A stretch of DNA of 64,000 nt. Origin: a virus. This document shows, one piece after another, positions 25,759 to 33,060 of this stretch (position 1 is the stretch's first letter; the number at the start of each line of letters is the position of its first letter). The notes beneath the pieces were generated by a model. That model was not told where the DNA came from. It did no database searches and worked only from the letters and a program-made list of their open reading frames with translations. The stretch lies in the IMG/VR virus record IMGVR_UViG_3300050821_006485, positions 1 to 64,000 of that record; one strand, given 5' to 3'. The position numbers and the translations under genes are program-made.

Positions 25759-28455
25759 ATGGCAGAAAACGATACACCGGCAAATGCTCAGACTACCAAG
25801 AGCACGCCATCAAATGATCCCAATGATTTTCCTATAGGTTCCTTGGCGTCCTTCCCATATTCTCCAGAACCATTTGCTAAGCTCACTGATGCAGCTAAGG
25901 GCGCACTTATGGCCCTAGATGTAATTGCTACGAAGACAGATGTTGCAGCACGAAGATTAGAAGTTGAGCAAGCCTGGCAGGCTTTGCATTTCTCAAGGGG
26001 TTATCAGCATTTATTTAAAAGACGCGGCGGTGGTTGGGAATTGCCTGGAGAAGGTTCCGGCTTTAATAACGCTAAGAGCCATAGTAACCATGACGCCCAA
26101 TACGAAACTAATATTTATTCCACTAAAGGTGAGGATATAATTGTCGCAGCACTCTCCAGGGAAATTCCTAAGATGGAGTTTTTCCCAGCAAATCCTGAGT
26201 ATGCCCCAGATATTGTGGCGGCAGAAGAGAGTGAAAATTTTAAGCAAATTTGGAGTCGTAACAACAATCTACACGCCTTACTAGTTGAATGCTCTAGGAT
26301 TTTTTGGAACGAAGACCGTGTTCTCTTATGGACTCGCTACGAAATAAACGGACAAAAGTACGGGTTTGAGGAAGACAACCTTGAATCTCCGACAGTCCCT
26401 GAAGATGTTCTTTCTCCCCCAGATTCCGAGCCCACCGGTCAAGAAGGCCAGGAGGACTTTCTCGCGGCAGAAGAAACGCTTCTACCGGAAGGTACGACTG
26501 ATTCTGTGGAGGAATCTCCTGCCGAAGAACAAACCGAAGAGGCGGCAGAAAGCGATGCCGGAGGAGAGGAACTAGTTGACGCTTTGGAAGAAGTTGCGGA
26601 GAGAAAACCCTTGGGCAGAGAGATTACTACTGCTCACGGCAAGTTGGATCATAAGGTTCCGATTGCTGTAGACAACATGTGCGATATGCACTTTATTCAG
26701 TTGTATCAGGATACAGATGAAGCAGTCGCTAAGGCTATGTTTCCTTGGATCGCAGAAAAGATTCATGCTGGCTCAGATGGACAGTCCGAAGTTGAATTAG
26801 ACCGCATAGCACGTGAAAACGTGCGCCAAGCAGTATTAGGTTCGTATGTTACGGGAGATTCCCAGCAGCGTCACGTAGTCGTAAAATATACGTGGTTCCG
26901 GCCTTCGATGTTCATGGATAAATCCGTAAACGATGTTTGTAAAGCGGAGTTACTGGAGACATTCCCCAATGGTTGCCTGCTTGTTAAGGCAGGATCGGAG
27001 TACGCCTTCTCTCGCAATGAGAGCATGGACAAACACTTGGTAATCGGACATGCCTTGGGCGGCAAAGGGCAAAATAGGCGAGCGCTAGGCACGGCCATGA
27101 TCCCAATTCAGAAACGTGTGAACGACTGGGTTGACATCATGGATGATTTCTTCAAGCGTACTATTCCTAAGAAGTGGTACAACGCAGAGGCCTTCGATAT
27201 GCAAGCTATGAAGGATCAACCGAATATGCCAGGCAGTAGCGGATCGTTCCAACCGCAACCAGGATTGGCGTCTTCAGATCAGTACATGATGGTCGAGCCT
27301 ACTCCCCAGCCTCAAGCAGCTTTACCTGATTTCGTTAAGTGGTTTATTACAAGTTTGACTGAAGAAATTTCAGGAGCTCTGCCTTCTCTTTTTGGGAGCC
27401 CGACGAACACAGATACTGTAGGTGGAATTGCGATTCAGCGTGACCAAGCGTTACAAAGAATCGGTTGCCCTTGGAATAATATCCAAGATATGTTTGCGGA
27501 AGCCGCACTTCAAGCTGTATGGTGCGCAGCAGAATGCAGAGACGGCAAAAGAATTACTCAGAATATTCAGGGTAGAGGAAACGTATCGGTTAATACGGCT
27601 AACCTAGCGGGTAATGTTCTCTGTTATGCGGAATCGAATCCGGCCTTTCCAGAAAGTTGGCAGCAAAAAGAGGCGAAAATTTTGCAGCTTATTGATGGCA
27701 GTGCGAATATTCCCGATCTCGCAAAGTTCTTGTTCCACCCGATAAATTTGCCCGCGCTAGCAGACAGTATTCGCCTAAAGACTTTTAAAGTACCGGGTGC
27801 ATCTTCTATTACGAAACAGAAATCCGAGTTAGAGATACTTCTGCGTAGTGGACCAATGCCGAATCCAAAGGTTGTGCAGATGAAGCAGACTTTGGACGAA
27901 GCAACACAGGGAATGGCGTCTCATGTTACCAGTGGACAACCAATTCCGCCACAAGCCCCGCAGATGATGAATCAGTTGGAGCAGATGATAAAGTCCCTGC
28001 CTCCTACGGTCAGCACTGTCCCCGTGGCGCAAGATGAAAGCGAAGAGCACTTGATAGAAGCCGCTCAATGCTTGGAATGGGCAACTAGTGGAGAAGGTCA
28101 AAAATTTAAGTACGGACTGCCCAAACAAAAAGCGGCGTACGAAAATGTTTTGTTGCATTGGAAAGAGCATATGGAGATGGCTAAGAAAATTGCCGCCGCT
28201 AATGCTCCGTCAAATGTAAAGCCTCCGTCTGAGTCTATCTCCGTGGATGTAAGTAAGATGCCTGGGAATGTCGCTTCGCAAGCACTTGCTAAGATGGGTA
28301 TAGAAGCTACCCCTGCGGATTTTGCTCAGCATATGAATGAGCAAACTAATCAGGCCGTGCAGAAAAAGGCCGTACCCGAGGCTTTGAAAGGCCCGTCAGA
28401 TAAAACACCGCCCCCCGGACAGGGACAGGAACCTCCTAGACAGTTGCGGAGGTAA
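25759..28455 (+). CDS. portal protein (putative)
   Basis: 898 aa, between TerL and scaffold/MCP; IQKRVND and EEISGA...LFG segments; Q/P-rich tail. Confidence 0.75.
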   Translation: MAENDTPANAQTTKSTPSNDPNDFPIGSLASFPYSPEPFAKLTDAAKGALMALDVIATKTDVAARRLEVEQAWQALHFSRGYQHLFKRRGGGWELPGEGSGFNNAKSHSNHDAQYETNIYSTKGEDIIVAALSREIPKMEFFPANPEYAPDIVAAEESENFKQIWSRNNNLHALLVECSRIFWNEDRVLLWTRYEINGQKYGFEEDNLESPTVPEDVLSPPDSEPTGQEGQEDFLAAEETLLPEGTTDSVEESPAEEQTEEAAESDAGGEELVDALEEVAERKPLGREITTAHGKLDHKVPIAVDNMCDMHFIQLYQDTDEAVAKAMFPWIAEKIHAGSDGQSEVELDRIARENVRQAVLGSYVTGDSQQRHVVVKYTWFRPSMFMDKSVNDVCKAELLETFPNGCLLVKAGSEYAFSRNESMDKHLVIGHALGGKGQNRRALGTAMIPIQKRVNDWVDIMDDFFKRTIPKKWYNAEAFDMQAMKDQPNMPGSSGSFQPQPGLASSDQYMMVEPTPQPQAALPDFVKWFITSLTEEISGALPSLFGSPTNTDTVGGIAIQRDQALQRIGCPWNNIQDMFAEAALQAVWCAAECRDGKRITQNIQGRGNVSVNTANLAGNVLCYAESNPAFPESWQQKEAKILQLIDGSANIPDLAKFLFHPINLPALADSIRLKTFKVPGASSITKQKSELEILLRSGPMPNPKVVQMKQTLDEATQGMASHVTSGQPIPPQAPQMMNQLEQMIKSLPPTVSTVPVAQDESEEHLIEAAQCLEWATSGEGQKFKYGLPKQKAAYENVLLHWKEHMEMAKKIAAANAPSNVKPPSESISVDVSKMPGNVASQALAKMGIEATPADFAQHMNEQTNQAVQKKAVPEALKGPSDKTPPPGQGQEPPRQLRR

Positions 28456-28457
28456 TT

Positions 28458-29078
28458 ATGCCAGAGAAAACTTTGGTTGGTATTTTGCAGCGGCACGGGG
28501 ATACAGATACGAACGAGAAAAACCAGTTTCGTTCTAGACTTGATCCTCCGCTCAACGAAAAAGGCTTTTCGCAGGCGGAGCAGGCTTCCGATAACATTAT
28601 AAGAGACAAGTTTGAAATCAAGAGAATCATTAGCAGCCCTCTTTTGAGAGCAATGCAGACTGCTGATATCTTTAGTGAAAAGCTGGGATTACCTGTTTCT
28701 CAAGATCGGGGCCTTCTTTGCTGGGCTCTTGGCTTTTTATCTGGCAGAGATAAAGATGACTACTCAGACATTCTTGATTATTATGTGGACAACCCACATA
28801 AAGTAATTCCAGAGGGAGAATCTTTAGATGATCTTGAGCAAAGAACTTTTGAATTTTTCAACGAACATCTTAAAAATGAATTAACTCTTTTTGTCACGCA
28901 CACTTCAAATATCATCACGGTTGAGAACCTAGTGAATGGTAATCGAGAAGGGCGACCAGAAAGCGGTGAGTCTAGCGTAGATACTGGCGGAACAGTTGGT
29001 GTTTACGTAGACGATTCAGGAAAATATAGCACCGAGATTTTATTCGGTAACGAAAAAGAAGCGCAGTATGGAAGTTAG
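28458..29078 (+). CDS. histidine phosphatase (phosphoglycerate mutase family)
   Basis: RHG, PLNEKG, SSPLLRA.QTA, PEGES, VTH. Confidence 0.9.
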   Translation: MPEKTLVGILQRHGDTDTNEKNQFRSRLDPPLNEKGFSQAEQASDNIIRDKFEIKRIISSPLLRAMQTADIFSEKLGLPVSQDRGLLCWALGFLSGRDKDDYSDILDYYVDNPHKVIPEGESLDDLEQRTFEFFNEHLKNELTLFVTHTSNIITVENLVNGNREGRPESGESSVDTGGTVGVYVDDSGKYSTEILFGNEKEAQYGS

Positions 29079-29103
29079 ACTCAGAAAGACCAGGAGATAA
29101 AAA

Positions 29104-30546
29104 GTGAGTGAATCAGTATTGGATTTTGCGGGACTAGAAACACAAGTGAGTACAGAAACTCAGGTTGAAACTCCAGAAGTTACTCAAGTTGAAACTCCAG
29201 AGACTACAACTACTCAGGAACCTACGGAGACAACTACAACCACAGAACCTAAGGTTGAGGGGGCAGAAAAAAAGCAACTTTATAACTCTGACGGTTCTCC
29301 TAAAGAGGAAGTTAAAAAAGAAGAGCCGCTTCCCGGCGGGAAGAACACTCCAGATTCCATACGTCGCGCATTAAAAATGGTGCGTGACGCCAACCCTCAG
29401 AATAAGGGTTTGGTAAAAGAGCTTCACGATGGCTGGGAACGTAGTGCGGCATACGCAAAGGAATTTCCCACGGTTCAGGAAGCTAGGAATGCAAAAAGTT
29501 TCATAGAACTCGTTGGGGGTCCCGAGGGATATGAGAAGCTTAATCAGACAGTTGAGAATATTAAAGCTAGCGACCAGCTTTTATACAACGGAGATGCAAC
29601 CCTCTTAGATAATATTATTGAGGATTTGAAATCAGAGGGCCGCATAGATGCCTTTGGAAAACTCGCCGCCCCGTTTTTAGACAAACTACGCGACTTGGAC
29701 AGAAAGTCATACAACGATACAGTAGCGCCCCATATTCTCAGTAACCTTGAGTCGGCCAACCTACCGGGAGCCTTAGCAGGCCTTGTGCAAGCGCTAAACG
29801 ATCCCGATCCAGCCAAGGCCGTAGCCGCCGCTAAAGAAATCGCTCAGGATATGAACGGTTGGTATAACAAGATTAAGCAGGAACACGCCGATAAGCTGAA
29901 GGCAGCTAAGGCGGAGCCCACACCTGAGCAACTGAAGTTCCAGAAGGAACGCGAAGAATTTACCAAGCAAAAGCAGGAGTTTGAGAAGGGTAAGCAAACC
30001 GAGTTCCAGAACGCGGTTGCTAGTGTACTAGAGAAGAGTAACAATCAGTTGCTAGGCAAATCCCTAGGTCCTTATTTGAAGATGGCGTATTTTAAGGAGT
30101 TCCCACGGACGGCACTTGTGGATTTAGGCAACGGTATTAAAAATAACTTGTATCAAGCCCTCAAAGCAAACAAGGACTATCAGCGCCAAATGGGTGCAAT
30201 GTGGAAAGAAAAATCGCCTAATAAAGATAAGATTAAAGAGTACCACGACGCAACCGTGGAGGGCATGGCAGAAGATGTTGTTCGGCAGACAATCGAGACC
30301 AGATATCCGGGATATGCTAAGGGCGGACAGGCCGCTACTCGCGTAGCCGCTGCCGCTACGAAGACCGCAGCGGTTAACAAGGCGGATGCCACGGCGGTTG
30401 TTACGGGCAAACCTCAGTACGTTGCCGAGAAGCCCAAGAATTTGAATCGAGAGATGGACCCGAAGTCATTTCTTGAGATCGCTGGAAAAGGATACGTTCC
30501 AGATGGTAAAGGCGGTCACCGTTTCGTGACCTGGAGAAAAGTTTAA
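29104..30546 (+). CDS. putative capsid scaffolding protein
   Basis: T/E-rich disordered N-terminus, helical body, basic C-terminus; lies between portal and MCP. Confidence 0.55.
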   Translation: MSESVLDFAGLETQVSTETQVETPEVTQVETPETTTTQEPTETTTTTEPKVEGAEKKQLYNSDGSPKEEVKKEEPLPGGKNTPDSIRRALKMVRDANPQNKGLVKELHDGWERSAAYAKEFPTVQEARNAKSFIELVGGPEGYEKLNQTVENIKASDQLLYNGDATLLDNIIEDLKSEGRIDAFGKLAAPFLDKLRDLDRKSYNDTVAPHILSNLESANLPGALAGLVQALNDPDPAKAVAAAKEIAQDMNGWYNKIKQEHADKLKAAKAEPTPEQLKFQKEREEFTKQKQEFEKGKQTEFQNAVASVLEKSNNQLLGKSLGPYLKMAYFKEFPRTALVDLGNGIKNNLYQALKANKDYQRQMGAMWKEKSPNKDKIKEYHDATVEGMAEDVVRQTIETRYPGYAKGGQAATRVAAAATKTAAVNKADATAVVTGKPQYVAEKPKNLNREMDPKSFLEIAGKGYVPDGKGGHRFVTWRKV

Positions 30547-30584
30547 AATAGCTTTGCAGTTAAATCAATTTAGGAGAAACAATT

Positions 30585-30782
30585 ATGCCAGCAGTTCCAT
30601 TTGCATTTACTCGTGCGGGAAAACCTCTACAAGTAGGAGACGCTGTGTCAGTAATTGGCACAGTAACCGCCGTGTCGGGTTCAGGCCCCACCGCTTCCGT
30701 TACTGTCCAGTGGGCGGGTTCAGGTAATACTTCAGCAAACGTCCAGGCCCAAGATGTAGCAGCCGGTGGACAGACGCTCTAG
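30585..30782 (+). CDS. small beta-rich protein (paralog family A)
   Basis: GD.VSV.G.V..VSG.GPTA.VTV module, also present in 31159 and twice in 31705. Confidence 0.7.
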   Translation: MPAVPFAFTRAGKPLQVGDAVSVIGTVTAVSGSGPTASVTVQWAGSGNTSANVQAQDVAAGGQTL

Positions 30783-30842
30783 TTTCGCGTAACTAAATTC
30801 AATTCAGGAGGTGCAACTATGACGCTCTAAGGAGGTCATAAT

Positions 30843-31028
30843 TTGCGCACACCAGAACAAAAACTAGCGACCAAGCAACGCAAGGCGGCGGAACGCTTGG
30901 CGCACCGAACCAAAGTGTTTACAAAACATCCGCCAAGCGTACGCTACGCCAAGGCAAAGTTTAAAAAAGGTACCAAGCGTCAACGCAAGAATCGTAAGCC
31001 CGCCGTGATAAAACTCGGCGTACAGTAG
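30843..31028 (+). CDS. small very basic protein
   Basis: AAGGAGG before TTG; K/R-rich. Confidence 0.55.
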   Translation: MRTPEQKLATKQRKAAERLAHRTKVFTKHPPSVRYAKAKFKKGTKRQRKNRKPAVIKLGVQ

Positions 31029-31158
31029 TGTGGTTATCTTCCAGTAAGCAGGAGGTGATCCCATGTAACAACATTTGGCATACAGCGGCCTATTCATAAG
31101 TATGCAGGGGAAGGGCTAAAACCCCTTCTCTGGCCGCGTATATTGTGCGGAGGTACAA

Positions 31159-31347
31159 ATGTCGCAGAGTAGGGCACTATCAATTTCAGGAAAACCGGTT
31201 CAAAAGGGGGATTTTGTTTCCGTAACGGGCCAGATTGTTTCTATTTCTGGAACGGGACCCAATGCTGCTGCTACCATTAAGGCGCACGATACCGGCGCTA
31301 CTTTTACAATTCCGACCAGGGAGCTACACGCTTCACAATCACTTTAA
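31159..31347 (+). CDS. small beta-rich protein (paralog family A)
   Basis: GDFVSVTGQIVSISGTGPNA. Confidence 0.7.
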   Translation: MSQSRALSISGKPVQKGDFVSVTGQIVSISGTGPNAAATIKAHDTGATFTIPTRELHASQSL

Positions 31348-31362
31348 ACAGAGGAGAAACGT

Positions 31363-31701
31363 ATGGAAAAACAACTATTATTTAGCCTAACCAAGAAGGA
31401 CTTTGTTATCCAGACGTTCTGCACTGGAGGCAAAGGCGGGCAGCATCGGAATGCCAAGCAAAACGGTGTGAGAATAATCCACCCGGCATCCGGGGCGCGT
31501 GCCGAGCACAGGGATGGTAGGGACCAAGGCAAAAACAAGGCCGAGGCCTTTGAAAAGTTGTCAGAAACCCCTGTTTTTAAGAAATGGCATAAGGCAGAGG
31601 TTGCTAGACGTTTAGGTCAGGTTAGAAGTGATGAAATCGAGGTAGAGCGGGCCGTAGATTTGGCTATGCATGATAAGAATCTAAAGGTTGAGGTACTTTA
31701 A
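31363..31701 (+). CDS. GGQ peptidyl-tRNA hydrolase domain protein (RF-1/ArfB-like)
   Basis: GGKGGQHRN....VRIIH..SG.......RDQ.KNK..A...L. Confidence 0.9.
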   Translation: MEKQLLFSLTKKDFVIQTFCTGGKGGQHRNAKQNGVRIIHPASGARAEHRDGRDQGKNKAEAFEKLSETPVFKKWHKAEVARRLGQVRSDEIEVERAVDLAMHDKNLKVEVL

Positions 31702-31704
31702 TCT

Positions 31705-32067
31705 ATGGCACAAGGAACCAATTACACAGGCGATGTAGTACTGGTTAACGATCAAGTTAGTATTTTAGGTATAGCCACGGCTATCTCTGGAATTGGCGTG
31801 ACCGCCGCCGTTACTGTTCAAACACAATTGGCCGATACTTTCACCACTCAGGCCGGTGACATGTTCGCTTTTCAAGATGACGTTGGTTCTTCGGAGGCAG
31901 AATCTACCGCAGGTAATGATTTTCAGGTGAATGACCAGGTAACCGTGAACGGTGTTGTGACTAATATCACAGGAAAAGGCCAAACCGCCCAATTAACCGT
32001 GCAGTTGTTCTTTTCTGGTAATTCCGTTGTGTGCAGCGCGGGGACCGTGTATAGTTCGGGTCACTAA
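31705..32067 (+). CDS. tandem two-module beta-rich protein (paralog family A)
   Basis: Two VNDQV...G....I.G.G.TA..TVQ modules. Confidence 0.7.
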   Translation: MAQGTNYTGDVVLVNDQVSILGIATAISGIGVTAAVTVQTQLADTFTTQAGDMFAFQDDVGSSEAESTAGNDFQVNDQVTVNGVVTNITGKGQTAQLTVQLFFSGNSVVCSAGTVYSSGH

Positions 32068-32249
32068 TTATGGATTTTTTTACTAAAATGGAAGTTCTGT
32101 TTGCTAGAATGGATGAAGCTATGCACGTCCGCTCCCCGGAAGAAGCTAAGGCTAGGGTAGAGGAATTAAAACAAGAACTTGAAGGCTATTCTGATATTAT
32201 GAAAAAAGTTGTAAACGAAATGCTTAAAGAACTCTAGGCGTTATAAACC

Positions 32250-32319
32250 TAGCGAGTGCTTGGCAAGTGCTAAGCGAAAGCAAAGCGAGTGCGGAGCGAA
32301 CGCGGAGCGAGTGCCAAGC
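32250..32319. repeat. six phased 11-bp units (consensus NAGCGAGTGCN)
   Basis: TAGCGAGTGCT TGGCAAGTGCT AAGCGAAAGCA AAGCGAGTGCG GAGCGAACGCG GAGCGAGTGCC. Confidence 0.8.
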
Positions 32320-32321
32320 CA

Positions 32322-32370
32322 GAACGGGAGGGTGACTTTCACACCCTCTTGTTCGTCCTATGAAAGGGGA
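32322..32370 (+). promoter_or_regulatory. SD-masking pseudoknot (HEG leader 2)
   Basis: 13-bp stem; loop CTTTCA is complementary to TGAAAG(GGGA) at 32361-32366. Confidence 0.7.
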
Positions 32371-32373
32371 CAA

Positions 32374-33003
32374 ATGAACGGGATAATTTACAAAGTAACA
32401 AATATTGAATCTGGAACGTCTTACATTGGACAAACCACAAAAACATTGAAACAGAGGTGGACAGAGCATATTTATGATGCCACCGGTAATAGGAGCAAGG
32501 ATAAAGGATGTTATTTTCACCTTGCTATAAAGAAATATGGCCCAGAGGCATTTAAGTTGATTGTTCTGCAAGAATGCTTAAATAAAGAGGCGTTGGACTC
32601 AGTAGAAAAGTTCTATATTTCCCATTTTAATACGGTTCGTCCCTTTGGTTATAATTTGTCTCTCGGAGGCTCTGGAGTAATGCACGGTAGGAAAATGAGT
32701 GCAGAAGCCAGAGCAAAAATTAGCGCGGGGCTTATGGGAAGACCGGGAGCACAATTTAGTCATACCCCAGAAGCCAGAGCAAAAATAAGCGCATCCCTTA
32801 TGGGTAACAAAAGGTCAGTAGGTAGAAAACTTTCAGATGAAACTAAGGCTAAGATGAGAGCCGCTCATTTAGGAAGAACCTACAAAAAGAAAGACAAAAG
32901 TTTAGATTCAAGCAACGATGCTCATGATAGTGGCGAAAACACTTTAAATATGCGGATTGAGAAAGTTGCGAGTACTAAAGATGACTCAGCGATAGGCCAG
33001 TAA
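32374..33003 (+). CDS. GIY-YIG homing endonuclease with NUMOD3 repeats
   Basis: IIYKVTN...SYIGQT...R, AIKKYG, E..YI, GYNL..GG; start ATG 32374. Confidence 0.9.
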   Translation: MNGIIYKVTNIESGTSYIGQTTKTLKQRWTEHIYDATGNRSKDKGCYFHLAIKKYGPEAFKLIVLQECLNKEALDSVEKFYISHFNTVRPFGYNLSLGGSGVMHGRKMSAEARAKISAGLMGRPGAQFSHTPEARAKISASLMGNKRSVGRKLSDETKAKMRAAHLGRTYKKKDKSLDSSNDAHDSGENTLNMRIEKVASTKDDSAIGQ

Positions 33004-33060
33004 AATAACTCAGAGGTTTTACTACGTGGCACTTCGTAGTACAGAAGGAAAATAATAACT

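Noticed and set aside
32260-32373. Tracked N-terminal extensions of HEGs (also 21959-22039 and 56689-56739)
   Set aside because: They cover the repeat array or leader pseudoknot; the SD positions support the downstream starts.
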